Counted from the first letter of the stretch, positions 38,698-49,962 are shown. The stretch is 64,000 nucleotides of DNA from an uncultured beta proteobacterium (GCA_963741215.1 CAVUHQ010000039.1:2104-66103); one strand, 5' to 3'. Notes: generated by a model not told the origin, from the sequence alone. Translations and numbers: made by a program.

Positions 38698-40668
38698 ATG
38701 ACCAGTGTCGAGACGCCTCCTGCCGCCCCTGCGCCGCCGGACCGAAGAGAAGGCTGGAGTATCGACAAGGCCAAGGCCCTCTACAACGTCGAGGGCTGGG
38801 GTGTGGGCTATTTCGACGTGAACGAGCGCGGTCGAGTGATCGTTCGCCCGGACCGTGACCACCCCGAGCGCTCACTCGATCTCTTCGACCTGGCGAAAGA
38901 CCTCCAGGAGCAGGGCGTAGCGCTGCCCGTGCTGCTCCGGTTCTCGGACATCCTCCGCTCGAGGATCGAATCTCTCAGTGAGCGGTTCGCAGCCGCAGTT
39001 CGCGAATTCGAGTACGGCGGCGGCTATACCACCGTCTATCCGATCAAGGTCAATCAGCAGCGTCACGTGGTGGAGGAGATCGTTCAGTTCGGAGCCGCAC
39101 ACGGTGTGGGGCTCGAGTGCGGATCGAAACCCGAGCTGCAGGCGGTGCTGGGTCTTACCGAATCGAGCGAGCACTTGATCGTCTGCAACGGCTACAAGGA
39201 CGAGGAGTTCATGCGTCTCGCCTTGATGGGCCAGAAGCTCGGACACCGTGTGTTCATCGTTGTCGAGCAGTTGAGCGAATTGGATGTGCTGCTCGCGGCG
39301 GCCAAGGATCTGGACGTACAGCCGATGGCAGGCGTGCGCATCAAGCTGTCGTCAGAGGGTGCTGGACGCTGGGCGCAGAGCGGCGGCGAAAGGTCGAAGT
39401 TCGGGTTGAGCGCTGCACAGGTCATGAAGCTCATCGATCGGCTGCGTGCGGCGGACCGACTCGATCTGCTGAAGCTCATCCATTTCCACATCGGGAGCCA
39501 GGTCACCGACATCCGGTTTATCAAGTCCGCGCTGCAGGAGATCGCGCGCTACTACGTCGAGCTGCGGCGCGCAGGCGTCGACATCGCCTACCTGGATGTC
39601 GGAGGCGGCCTGGGCGTCGACTACGATGGGACGTTGTCCACGTCACACGCCAGCGTGAACTACTCGCTCCAGGAGTACGCGAACGACGTGGTCTACACGA
39701 TCGCGGAAGTGTGCCGCGACCACCAGCTGCCGATGCCGCATCTGATCAGCGAATCCGGGCGTGCACTGACCGCGCACCACGCGTTACTACTGGTCAAGGT
39801 CATCGACGTCGAGTCGCAGGCGCAGCCTCCGCTTCCCGAGATCACCAGCGAGGACCCCCTGCTGCTGCAGGATATGATCGCCGACTTTCATACGCTGGCC
39901 AGGCCGAAGCTCACGTCCAACGCGCGCAAAGTTCTCGAGGTTTTCCACGACGCCACCTTCGACAAGGAGCGCGCTCGGCAATACTTCAACAGCGGCGTGC
40001 TCTCGCTGCGCGAGCGCGCGCTGGCGGAGACGATCTACTTCGCGACGGTCAATCGAATCGCACAACTGGCGCAGCAGGATCGCGACGCCTATCGGGAGAT
40101 CGCGGCGGAGCTCGACGCGGTGCTGGTGGATCGCTATTTCTGTAACTTTTCGCTGTTCCAGTCGCTCCCCGATTCGTGGGCGATCGATCAGCTCTTTCCG
40201 ATCATGCCGGTGCACCGCCTGGACGAGCAGCCCGATCGCCGCGGGACGCTGCAGGATGTGACCTGCGACTCGGACGGGAAGATCGACCGGTTCGTGGGAG
40301 GCAAGGACGGCCGTCCGAGCCTGGCCCTCCACGAATTCCACGACGGCAGCGACTATATCCTTGGCATCTTTCTCACCGGAGCCTACCAGGAGATTCTCGG
40401 CGACCTGCACAACCTGTTCGGTGACACGAACGCGGTTCACCTCAAGCTCACCGACCAAGGGTACGAGATCACCGACCTCGTACATGGCGACACGGTGGCC
40501 GAGGTGCTCAACTACGTGCAGTTCGAAGCGTCGAACCTGCTTGCAACCTTCAGGCGCAAGGTGGGCGCTGCAAAGGAGCTATCGCGACAGGAAGCCAATA
40601 TGTTCATCGCCGAGTATGTCGGGGGCCTCGATGGGTACACCTATCTGGAGGGTGAGGCGGCGCGCTGA
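38698..40668 (+). CDS. speA: biosynthetic arginine decarboxylase
   Basis: WSIDKAKALYNVEGWGVGYFDVNERGRVIVRP...YPIKVNQQRHVVEEI...GLECGSKPEL...FHIGSQ...LDVGGGLGVDYDG...CDSDGKI. About 656 aa, intact. Confidence 0.9.
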   Translation: MTSVETPPAAPAPPDRREGWSIDKAKALYNVEGWGVGYFDVNERGRVIVRPDRDHPERSLDLFDLAKDLQEQGVALPVLLRFSDILRSRIESLSERFAAAVREFEYGGGYTTVYPIKVNQQRHVVEEIVQFGAAHGVGLECGSKPELQAVLGLTESSEHLIVCNGYKDEEFMRLALMGQKLGHRVFIVVEQLSELDVLLAAAKDLDVQPMAGVRIKLSSEGAGRWAQSGGERSKFGLSAAQVMKLIDRLRAADRLDLLKLIHFHIGSQVTDIRFIKSALQEIARYYVELRRAGVDIAYLDVGGGLGVDYDGTLSTSHASVNYSLQEYANDVVYTIAEVCRDHQLPMPHLISESGRALTAHHALLLVKVIDVESQAQPPLPEITSEDPLLLQDMIADFHTLARPKLTSNARKVLEVFHDATFDKERARQYFNSGVLSLRERALAETIYFATVNRIAQLAQQDRDAYREIAAELDAVLVDRYFCNFSLFQSLPDSWAIDQLFPIMPVHRLDEQPDRRGTLQDVTCDSDGKIDRFVGGKDGRPSLALHEFHDGSDYILGIFLTGAYQEILGDLHNLFGDTNAVHLKLTDQGYEITDLVHGDTVAEVLNYVQFEASNLLATFRRKVGAAKELSRQEANMFIAEYVGGLDGYTYLEGEAAR

Positions 40669-40793
40669 TCGGGCAACGCAGGGAGCGCTTTCGCTGCGGC
40701 TTCGCTACCGCAATCCGCCGGCGGCGGCGGCCGCATGCCCAGTCGGCGTTGACTTATCATCGCAACTATCCAAACCGCGTCTTCACTCCTACC

Positions 40794-41567
40794 ATGCATA
40801 AGCTCCACGGCAAGCGCGCCCTCGTCACCGCCGGCGCCCAAGGTATCGGTCTCGCCATCAGCCGCCAGCTGCTCGCGGCCGGCTGCGACGTGTTTGTTCA
40901 CTATCGCACCAGCGTCGATGCCGCCCGCGGATTGGAGACTGAAGCGAAGGCGCTCGGCCGACGGTACGCGCACGCCGCGGCCGATCTCACCGACTCGCCC
41001 GCATGCGAACGGCTCGTGGGCGAAGCGGTGAGGTTCCTGGGCGGACTGGATGTGCTGATCAACAACGCCGGTTCGCTGGTGGCGCGCAAAACCGTGGCTG
41101 AGGCCGACGACGCGTTCTGGGAGGAGGTGATGTCGCTCAATGTCGGTAGCGCCCGCCGCGTGACGCGCGCCGCAACGCCCCATCTCATAGCGGCTGCGAA
41201 GAGCGGCGGTGGGGCCAGCATCGTCAATCTGTCCTCGCTCGCCGGCCGCAAAGGCGGCCATCCCGGCTCGCTCGTCTACTCGACCGCGAAGGGCGCCATT
41301 CTCACGTTTACGCGCGCGCTGGCCAACGAGCTCGGTCCGCAGGGTGTGCGCGTCAACGCCCTCGCACCCGGCATGATTCTGGGCACCAGTTTTCACAACA
41401 CGCACACGACCCCGGAGTCCGCCAAGGCGACGGTGGCCGGCATACCGCTCGGTCGCGGCGGCAATGCCGATGATGTTGCGCGTGCCGCCGTGTTTCTCGC
41501 CAGCGAGTACGACGGCTTCATCACCGGTGCCACGCTCGATATCAACGGCGGCGTCTACGGTTGCTGA
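40794..41567 (+). CDS. SDR-family oxidoreductase (FabG-like)
   Basis: GKRALVTAGAQGIGLAI (TGxxxGIG), NNAG, YSTAKGA (YxxxK), and the ending ...GATLDINGGVY. Confidence 0.85.
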   Translation: MHKLHGKRALVTAGAQGIGLAISRQLLAAGCDVFVHYRTSVDAARGLETEAKALGRRYAHAAADLTDSPACERLVGEAVRFLGGLDVLINNAGSLVARKTVAEADDAFWEEVMSLNVGSARRVTRAATPHLIAAAKSGGGASIVNLSSLAGRKGGHPGSLVYSTAKGAILTFTRALANELGPQGVRVNALAPGMILGTSFHNTHTTPESAKATVAGIPLGRGGNADDVARAAVFLASEYDGFITGATLDINGGVYGC

Positions 41568-41602
41568 GCGACCGAGCGTAGGGTTTGGCAGCGGCTGCCC
41601 GG

Positions 41603-41641
41603 GCGACAGCGTAGCCGGCTGGCGCACCGGGCGGCTTGATC
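41603..41641 (+). repeat. orphan copy of the 3' end of the RF-like domain coding sequence
   Basis: gcgacagCgtAgccggctggcgcaccgggcggctTgaTc versus 33148..33186. There is a 23-nt exact core (41614..41636 = 33159..33181). Both translate to DSVAGWRTGRLD. Confidence 0.85.
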
Positions 41642-41803
41642 TCCCAAGCATCTGCAGCAGTGCAGCACCTCGCACCCCAGCGCTCCCGCGTCCCCCTTGA
41701 CGGCACCGACCCGGTCGCAGGAAAGTAGTCGTTCCATCCGCATCGAGCCGATTCGCGACGCGCGTGGCTGGCAATCCCGCCGAAGGTCACAAGGAGCAAG
41801 CCC

Positions 41804-43045
41804 ATGGCAGCGAAACAATTCGAACCCAAGTTCATGAAGATCAGCGTCCTCACCGCGGCGCTGCAGGAGCTGACGCCGCGCGAGATTCGCGACAAGGATC
41901 CCGATCGCGCGATCGAAGAGTGGCTGCAGTTCGCGCGCGACGTCGGCGCCGACAACATCGAGCTCTCTGCCGCACTGCACCCGACCGAGAGCGACATCCC
42001 GGCCGACGCGATGCTCGATCCGGTCGCCAACACGCTGGACCTGCGCCAGCCGTTCGACAAGAAGCGCGCACAGCGCGTGTTCACGGCGATGAAGGAAACC
42101 GGGGTCGGCCTCTCCGACCTGGGGTACTTCGACAACATGCTCCACGACGACCCGGCAGTGCGCAAGAAGAAGTTCGACTTCATGCTGCGGGTGTTCGATG
42201 CCGCAGTCCTGCTCGAGAAACCTGCCGTGGTGGGGTTCGTCGGCCGCAACCAGAAGCTGCAGATGGACCAGAACCTGCAGATGTTCGAGGAAGTGTTCAT
42301 CCCGCTGCTCAAGGAGGCGAAGGCGCGCGGCATCGAGTACCGCGTCGAGCAGTGTCCGATGCCCGGCTGGACGACGCTCGACAACTTCCACAACAACATC
42401 GCTTACGCGCCGGGCCCGTGGATCGCGCTGGCCCGCATCTGCGAGAAGCACGGCGTCGCCGACAATTTCCGCATCCACTACGATCCTTCGCACGCCATCC
42501 TGATGGGCCAGGACACGCGCTCGATCTTCCAGTACCTGAAGGACGAAGGCTACGACCATCTGATCGGCGGCTTTCACGTGAAGGGCCAGGTCGTGGACGC
42601 CAAGGGCATTGCCGCGTGGGGCTACGGCGGCCAGACCATGGAGCGCGGTGACTGGATCAACGGCAAGCCCTCGCCCAAGCCCGCCGATCAGCTCAACGCA
42701 TGGAAGAAGCAGGTCGTTCTGTGCGAGCACGAGCTGCCCGGCACGGCCAGGCACGATCCGCTGGGCTACCTGCAGAACCGCACCGTCGACTGGCTCGACC
42801 ATCAGCTCGCCGCGCGCGAGCTGCTGAAGCTCGACGTGGCCAACACCTACCTGGTGATCGAGCACGAGTATCCGAAGGCGCGCATCCAGGACAAGGAAAA
42901 GCTCAAGCCCATCCTGGCCGGCTCGATCGCCTTCACGCGCAAGATCGACGAGGCGGCAGCCTGCATGTACGCGCTCCAGCACGAAGTGCTGAAGGCCCAG
43001 GGCATACCGATCCAGGGGCGCGGCCGCCAGGCCTATTCGACGTAG
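41804..43045 (+). CDS. xylose-isomerase-like TIM-barrel (sugar phosphate isomerase/epimerase family) protein, long form
   Basis: AAGGAG lies before the ATG. 413 aa with ...VGFVGRN...[12 protein letters not shown]...RIHYDPSH...VIEHEY. It is adjacent to a Gfo/Idh/MocA gene, as this family usually is. Confidence 0.65.
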   Translation: MAAKQFEPKFMKISVLTAALQELTPREIRDKDPDRAIEEWLQFARDVGADNIELSAALHPTESDIPADAMLDPVANTLDLRQPFDKKRAQRVFTAMKETGVGLSDLGYFDNMLHDDPAVRKKKFDFMLRVFDAAVLLEKPAVVGFVGRNQKLQMDQNLQMFEEVFIPLLKEAKARGIEYRVEQCPMPGWTTLDNFHNNIAYAPGPWIALARICEKHGVADNFRIHYDPSHAILMGQDTRSIFQYLKDEGYDHLIGGFHVKGQVVDAKGIAAWGYGGQTMERGDWINGKPSPKPADQLNAWKKQVVLCEHELPGTARHDPLGYLQNRTVDWLDHQLAARELLKLDVANTYLVIEHEYPKARIQDKEKLKPILAGSIAFTRKIDEAAACMYALQHEVLKAQGIPIQGRGRQAYST

Positions 43046-43091
43046 CTCCCTGACCCGCTCGCCGACAACCACACCGCACCAGAGGCACAAC

Positions 43092-44220
43092 ATGGCCAAG
43101 AAGAAATTGAACGTCGCAATGATCGGGTACGACTTCATGGGTCGCGCCCATTCCAATGCCTGGCGCCAGGTGGCGCGCTTCATGCCGGATGTCCCCTTCG
43201 AGCCCGTCATGAAAGTCGTCGCCGGCCGTACCGAGGCGAAGGTCAAGGAGGCTGCAGAGCGCCTGGGCTGGGAGGAGTACGCGACGCGCTGGGAGGACGT
43301 CATCGCGCGCAAGGACATCGACATCATCGACATCTGCACGCCCGGCGATTCGCACATGCCCATCGCCATCGCGGCGGCGGAGGCGAAGAAGAACATCCTG
43401 TGCGAGAAGCCGCTCGCCAACACCCTGGCCGATGCCGAGAAGATGTGGAACGCCGCAACCAAGGCCGGCGTGATCCACATGCTCTGCCACAACTACCGCC
43501 GCTGCCCGGCGGTGGCGCTGGCCAAGCAGCTCATCGACGCCGGGACAGATCGGGAAAATCTACCACTACCGCGGCACCTACCTGCAGGACTGGATCGTCG
43601 ATCCGGCGTTCCCGCGCGTGTGGCGGCTGGTGAAGTCCCGCGCGGGCTCGGGGTCGCTCGGCGACATCCTCTCGCACACGATGGATCTGTCGCGCTACCT
43701 GGTCGGCGAGCCGGTCGAGGTAAACGGCCTGCTCAAGACTTTCATTACCGAGCGGCCGCTGCCCGACAACCCGGCGAAGAAAGGCCCGGTGGACGTCGAT
43801 GACGCGGCGTTATCGCTCGTGCGCTACGACAACGGCGCGGTCGGCTACCTGGAAGGCACGCGCTTCGCGACCGGCCGCAAGAACTACAACCGCTTCGAGA
43901 TCAACGGCGCCAAAGGCAGTATCGTCTGGGACCTCGAGCAGTTGAACGAGCTGCAGCTCTACGTGGAAGAAGGGCCCAACAGCGGCTTCCGCACCATCTC
44001 GGTCACCGACGGCAAGCACCCGTACGTGGGCGCGTGGTGGCCGCCGGGGCACATCATCGGTTACGAGCACTCGTTCACGCACACCGTGTACGACTTTCTG
44101 CGCGCGATCGCAGAGCAGAAGCTGCCCTCGCCCAGCTTCGAGGACGGCTACAAGAACCAGCGTGTGCTCGATGCCATCGAGCGCTCGGCGCGGGATGGGA
44201 AGTGGGTGAAGATCGGGTAG
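43092..44220 (+). pseudogene. Gfo/Idh/MocA-family NAD(P)-dependent oxidoreductase; one +1 break near 43546
   Basis: ORFs 43092..43802 and 43618..44220. MAKKKLNVAMIGYDFMGRAH...ILCEKPLA...; after ...QLIDAG the expected [16 protein letters not shown] reads one base later. Confidence 0.85.
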
Positions 44221-44342
44221 TGGAGCCTGCGGCCCGCGCCGGCTCGCGGACGATCGACACGCAACGCGCAAGAGGATCGACAACGGCGATCAAAACTACT
44301 GATACTCGGCGCTAGGGGAAGTCTTACTTTGGGGGCAAGAGC

Positions 44343-44984
44343 ATGGGCGTTTTCCGCAGACTCTTGCGTAGCCACTCCACGACAACGAACGCTGAGTCGG
44401 CCACAGCATCGGTACCGCACGCGCCGCTCGACGGGTCGACGGTTCGGATCAGCCTCCGGGACCAGATCGCCGACCCGAGCGCAGGGTCGGCAGGCGAGGA
44501 ACGCGCGCACTACATAGTGGTGCTGGAGGGAATAGCGCGCGGGCGGAGCATCCAATTGGGTGCGACACCCGTCACGGTCGGTCGCACGGCGCCTGCGGAT
44601 CTCGTTCTGCCCGATGAACGGGTGTCGCGCAGTCACTGCAGCTTCCACGTCCTTCTTAACGAGGTGATCGTGACCGATCTGAATTCGACCAACGGCAGCT
44701 TCGTGGATGGAAAGAGGATCTCGGGGACCCTGTCCCTCCGGCCGGGGGGCGCCCTCCAGGTGGGCCAACATATGCTCAGGCACAAGTTCTGGAGCAAACG
44801 CGAGCTGGAGGAGTGGCAGAGGCTGCAGGGGCACGAGGAGACGCTGGCGCACGAAACGAGCGATATCCGCATCGAGATCGATGAAACCAAGAGGCGGCAG
44901 GAGGTGCAGCAGATCACCGACAGCTTGTACTTCAGGGACCTCTCGGTGGAACTCGACGAGATGCGAGGCCCCGATGACAAGTAG
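44343..44984 (+). CDS. FHA-domain protein
   Basis: ...VTVGRTAPADLVLPDERVSRSHCSF...VIVTDLNSTNGSFVDGKRI... is the canonical FHA core (GR...SR.H...NGT/S), followed by a charged coiled C-terminus. Confidence 0.8.
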   Translation: MGVFRRLLRSHSTTTNAESATASVPHAPLDGSTVRISLRDQIADPSAGSAGEERAHYIVVLEGIARGRSIQLGATPVTVGRTAPADLVLPDERVSRSHCSFHVLLNEVIVTDLNSTNGSFVDGKRISGTLSLRPGGALQVGQHMLRHKFWSKRELEEWQRLQGHEETLAHETSDIRIEIDETKRRQEVQQITDSLYFRDLSVELDEMRGPDDK

Positions 44985-45166
44985 ATCCTGGTACCGTGGG
45001 ACGGCCTGCCAGCGCCTCGAAATGCATTGAGCCGTCAGCAATATTGCTCCCTCCCGGTGCATGGCGGTCTAGCGTGCACCTGAGCAGTGCGACGTCAAGT
45101 CTCCTCGATTCCTGTGCGTCTGGTTTGAGAGCTGATCTTCATAGCTTTTTTCGGCTGCTGAAAGGC

Positions 45167-45181
45167 GGCATTGGAAATGCT
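45167..45181 (+). promoter_or_regulatory. sigma-54-type -24/-12 promoter candidate
   Basis: GGCAttggaaaTGCt has GG and GC spaced as in TGGCAC-N5-TTGC. It lies about 48 nt upstream of the ATG at 45229. No enhancer-binding protein is present in the window. Confidence 0.25.
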
Positions 45182-45228
45182 ACGAGGCTCCCTCGCTAGC
45201 TTGGAACAAACCCTGGCCGCCACCGCGC

Positions 45229-45990
45229 ATGTCGAAAGTCATCGCCGTTCACTCTTATAGGGGTGGGACGGGAAAGTCTCATTTCACCGCCAATCTTGCG
45301 ACCGCCGTCGCGATGCAGGGCAAGCGTGTCGGCGTTGTTGACACCGACCTGCCGTCTCCGGGCATTCACAACCTGTTTCGTCTCGATCCCGAGCAGGCGC
45401 CGAAGACCCTCAATCACTTTCTCTGGGCCGAGAGCGCGATCGAAGACTCCGCTTACGAGGTCACTGGCACGATCGGACTAAGCGGGGAAGGCCGGATCTG
45501 GCTGGTCCCCTCCAGCGTCAAGGCAGACGACATCGCCAGGATCCTGAAGGACAGCTATGACGTGAAGCGCCTCAACGATGGACTGCGAAGCCTGGCCAGG
45601 AACCTCCAGCTCGATTACCTATTCATCGATACCCACCCGGGTCTGTCGAAGGAGACGTTCCTGTGCATCGCGGTCGCTCATCTGGTCATACTGGTTCTGC
45701 GCCCCGACAAGCAGGACTATCAGGGCACGGCGGTCACGGTGGACGTGGCACGCCAGCTAAAGGTGCGCAATATGCTTCTCGCGATCAACAAAGTGCATCG
45801 GAAGCTGCACATGCCGGCGTTGAAGGCCAAGGTCGAGGAACTCTATGGCGTTCCCGTTGCGGGGGTGTTCCCCCTGTCCGAGGACGTTGCGCAGCTCGCG
45901 AGCGAGGGGATCTTCTGCATCAAGCATCACGATCACCCGATCAGTCACGAGCTGCGCAGAGTCGCTGCTCAAGTCCTGGAGTCGGCGTGA
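45229..45990 (+). CDS. MinD/ParA-family (SIMIBI) P-loop ATPase
   Basis: MSKVIAVHSYRGGTGKSHFTANLA...VGVVDTDL...YLFIDTHPG. The deviant Walker A reads RGGTGKS, with Arg where the signature Lys normally sits. Confidence 0.75.
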   Translation: MSKVIAVHSYRGGTGKSHFTANLATAVAMQGKRVGVVDTDLPSPGIHNLFRLDPEQAPKTLNHFLWAESAIEDSAYEVTGTIGLSGEGRIWLVPSSVKADDIARILKDSYDVKRLNDGLRSLARNLQLDYLFIDTHPGLSKETFLCIAVAHLVILVLRPDKQDYQGTAVTVDVARQLKVRNMLLAINKVHRKLHMPALKAKVEELYGVPVAGVFPLSEDVAQLASEGIFCIKHHDHPISHELRRVAAQVLESA

Positions 45991-46007
45991 GATGAGGGAG
46001 CAACTGC

Positions 46008-47036
46008 ATGTCTGAGCGCGGCCATCTGCAGTCGCTGGCCAGCTCGATACGCTCGGTCGTGTCACCCTTGCGGGGTTACCTGAGCGATCTGCATGAAAAG
46101 TACAGCTCGTACACGCACGGCAGCGTCGCGAACTACATCCCCGAGCTCGCGCTTGCCAAGGCCGAGTGGTTTGGTATCTGCGTCGCAACGCCAGACGGCC
46201 GCGTCTTCGACGTGGGAGACTGCGACCGGCTGTTCACGATTCAGTCCATCTCCAAGGCGTTCGTTTACGGACTGGCTCTGGAGGAACACGGTCGCGAGCA
46301 TGTGAACAGCAAGGTCAGCGTCGAGCCGACCGGTGAGGCGTTCAACGCGATCGTGCTGGACGAGAAGACCAATCGCCCCTTCAACCCGATGGTCAACGCG
46401 GGTGCAATCGCAACCACGGACTTGATCGAAGGCAGCGGCGGAACTGCGCGGTTGAAGCGCATTCTCGAGATGTTGCGCCGTTACACCGGACGGCCGCACG
46501 ACGTGGATCTCCCGGTTTTTCTCTCGGAGAAAGCCACCGGAAACCGCAACCGGGCGATGGCGTATCTGATGCTCAACTTCGGCATGGTCAGCGATCGCGT
46601 CGAGGAGACGCTCGACCTCTACTTTCAGCAGTGCTCAATCCTGGTGAACGCACGCGATCTAGCGATCATGGCGGCCACCCTGGCCAATGGAGGTGTGAAT
46701 CCGATCACCGGTGAACGGGCGCTCGAGGAGCGCTATGTGCAGGACGTAATCAGCGTGATGCTGACGTGCGGCATGTACGACTACTCCGGCGCGTGGGCGT
46801 ACCGGGTAGGTGTCCCTGCCAAGAGCGGGGTTGGCGGCGGGATCACTGCAGTGGTGCCCGGCCGGCTGGGCATCGGCACCTTTTCGCCTTTGCTCGACGA
46901 GAAGGGAAACAGTGCGCGGGGCATCCGGGTGTGCGAGGATCTATCACGTGACTTCGGCCTGCATATGTTCAACGCAGCCAGGCCGGAACGCGACTTGAAA
47001 GAATGGATGGACTCGGCCGACGCCCCGGGCGCCTAG
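46008..47036 (+). CDS. glsA: glutaminase A
   Basis: ...ANYIPELA...FGICVATPDGRVFDVGD...FTIQSISKAFVYGLAL...NPMVNAGAI...YDYSGAWAYRVGVPAKSGVGGGI... Confidence 0.9.
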   Translation: MSERGHLQSLASSIRSVVSPLRGYLSDLHEKYSSYTHGSVANYIPELALAKAEWFGICVATPDGRVFDVGDCDRLFTIQSISKAFVYGLALEEHGREHVNSKVSVEPTGEAFNAIVLDEKTNRPFNPMVNAGAIATTDLIEGSGGTARLKRILEMLRRYTGRPHDVDLPVFLSEKATGNRNRAMAYLMLNFGMVSDRVEETLDLYFQQCSILVNARDLAIMAATLANGGVNPITGERALEERYVQDVISVMLTCGMYDYSGAWAYRVGVPAKSGVGGGITAVVPGRLGIGTFSPLLDEKGNSARGIRVCEDLSRDFGLHMFNAARPERDLKEWMDSADAPGA

Positions 47037-47121
47037 ACCGCCCCGAGAATGCGCATGTTGTGCAGGTGTGCGCGCCCAATGAGTTGCTGATAGCCGGCGA
47101 CTTGATCGGAGGATCCCCTGT

Positions 47122-49962
47122 CTAGTGTCCGCCGGCCTGGTCTTTCAGGTACGCGCGCAACGTTGGCGCCGGCAGCGGCCGGCTCAGGTAGAACCCTTGC
47201 ATGCCGTCGCAGCCCAGTTCTTCCAGGAAATGCAGCTGCGCCGCGGTCTCGATGCCTTCCGCGATCACTTCCAGCCGCAGGCTGTGTGCCAACGTGATGA
47301 TGCCGCGCACGATGGCCGAATCGTCTGCGTTCTGCGGGACGTCGCGCACGAACGATTTGTCGATTTTCAGTTGATCGATCGGCAGGCGCTTGAGGTAGCT
47401 GATGGAGGAATATCCGGTGCCGAAGTCATCGATCGACACGCGCACCCCCAGATCGCGCAAGCCGCGCAGCGATCGCTCGATGCCGCTGGCATCGTGCAGG
47501 AACAATTCTTCGCTGATCTCGAGCACCAGGTGCGAAGCGTCGATGCCGTACTCGCGTATCAGTGCGGCGATGCGCGGGTAGAGCTCGCGCTTGTGCAGCT
47601 GGCGCGGCGCGAGATTGATGGCCACCTGCAAGTCGGGCAGACCCCAGTCGCGCAGCTGCACGAGCTGTGCGCAGGCGGTCTGCAGAACCCAGTCGCCCAT
47701 GACGTGGATGAGGTCGCTCTGCTCCGCGACCGACAGGAAACGGGCGGGCAGCACCAGATCGCCGGGGTTCTTCTGCCATCGCAGCAGCGCCTCGAGCCCG
47801 GCGATGCGTCCGCGCTTGCCATCGAATTCCGGTTGGTAGTACAGGGCGAACTCGGCGTTGCGCAGTGCGCTCCACAAGCTTTTCTCCAGCGCTATGCGCT
47901 CGAGTGCGCGCTCGCTCATCTCTGCGGAATAGAACTGAAAGGCATTGCGCCCCTGGTCCTTGGCGCGATACAGCGCGGCGTCGGCGCGCTTGAACAACCC
48001 GCCAACATCATCGCCGTCGCGAGGAAACAGGCTGATGCCCATGCTGCCAGTGACGTAGACCTCGTGCTCCAGCACCTGCACCGGCAAGGACAGCAGCTCG
48101 AGCATGGTGCGGGCGCGGGCCACCACCCCGTCCTGGCTCAGCGCCTGCTCCATCACCACGACGAACTCGTCGCCACCCCAGCGCGCGACGGTATCCTCTT
48201 CGCGGCAGCTGCCCTTGAGCCGCCCGGCGATCTCCACCAGCAGCGCATCGCCGGCGGCATGCCCGAACGCGTCGTTGACCTTTTTGAAGCCGTCCAGATC
48301 GATGAAGATGACCGCCACTTGATTTTCCGCGCGCCGCGCGCGGGCGATCGCCTTCAGCAGGCGATCCTCGACCAGCACGCGGTTGGGCAGCCCGGTCAGC
48401 GCATCGTGGGTGGCTTGCCGCAACATCTCGCGACTGAGCGACAGCGTCTCGGTGACGTCGGAGAACGCGAGCACCATGCCGGCGATCACACCGGAGCCGT
48501 CGCGGATCGGCGCCGCCGACCAGCGGATGGCATGCTCCGCGTCGCGCCCGCGCAACAGGCAGTAGCGGGAAGGTTGCACGGTGCGGCCTTCGATCAAGCA
48601 TTGCTGCAGCGGGGGAGTATGCGGCGCTCGCCGGTCTCATCGTAGGTGGGTAGGACGTCCTGCAACGGTCGGCCGCAGGCGTCGGTGAGCGCGTAACCAG
48701 TCAACGCCTGTGCGACGGGATTGAGATAGGCGACGAGCCCGGTTCGATCGGTCGTGATCACGGCATCGCCGATGCAATGGAGCGTCGCGCGTGCCAGGTT
48801 GCGCTCTGCGCTGAGCGCGGATGCAGTGGCATCGAGCCGCCGCCAACTCCACAACGGATAGCTCACGGCGATCACGGCTAGCGCAGCTGCGGGTCCGAAC
48901 CACATGTGGATGAGATGCAGCAGCGCGAAGCTCACCGCAAACGTCAGCAGCAGCAATGCGCCGAACGCGATGAACGCGGTGCGCGGACGCAGCCACGGGT
49001 AGACCAATGCGGGCACGATGGCGAGCAGCGCGGTCAGCAGCATGGACGTGCCGTGGCTCATCGGCGCAACGGTTGCGTCTTGAGTCAGGCTGGCGAGGAT
49101 GTTCGCGCTGAGCTCGACCCCGGCCATCGGGTGGCCGAGGCCGGAAACCGGCGTAACCAGTGCCTGACCGATGCCGGCTGCGGTTGCGCCGACCAGCACG
49201 TAGCGCCCGCGCACTCGATCCAGAGCCGCGCGCTCGCCGTGGAGCACTTGCACGAACGACACATGCGCAAAGCCGCCGCAGCGTCGAAGAATCGCACCAG
49301 GTAACGGTGCTCACGCACCCATTCGTGGGCGGCGTCCGGCACTGCGGTGGAGGGCCATGCGCGGCCAGTGCGGCGGCGCGCGCGGCTCGCCGAGCTCGAG
49401 CATGGCCAGCGCCAGCGCCGGCCACTGTGGCCGATTCATGCCCGCACGCAAGTAGACGCTGCGCACGATGCCGTCGGCATCGAGCTCCACGTCCGCATGC
49501 CCGAGCTTCGCGACCGCCGCCAGCGGCTCGATCGGCACCGTCGCGGCGAGCTGAGCGCCATGCTGCATTTCCGGCGCGACGGCCAGCACGACACGCCCAT
49601 GGGCTCTGATCGCCAGCGCTAGAAGCTCATCGCCATCGGGATCTTGCGCATCCGGCTCCGCGAACAGCACGTCCATGCCGATCACTTTGGCGCCGGCTCG
49701 GGTGAGCTGCTCGATCATTTGCGCGTGCCAGCGGCGCGGCCAGGGCCAGTGACCGAGCGCGCTCAAACTTTCCTCGTCTATCGCGACGATCGCGATGTCC
49801 GACGGCGCGGCGAGCGGCAGCAGGCGCAGGTCGAGGTCGTACAGCAAGTTGTCGCCGCGCTGCAGAACCTCCGTGAAGGTGAGCACGACCGCCGAGCGCC
49901 AGCAATACGGCTGCGAGCCAAACGCGCTCTGAACGGAGGATCCGATGCAGACTGGGCGGCAT
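47122..49962 (-). pseudogene. CHASE2 - TM - PAS - GGDEF - EAL signalling protein; at least 4 frame breaks
   Basis: Pieces 49627..49962 (MPPSLHRILRSERVWLAAVLLALGG), 49311..49886 (IAIVAIDEESL...WPWPR...GMDVLFAEPD), 49085..49342, 48594..49262 (VLVGATAAG..., TM helices, PAS) and 47122..48597 (DALTGLPNR...RWGGDEFVV...; EAL ...QPEFD...EISE...KIDKSF). Confidence 0.85.
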
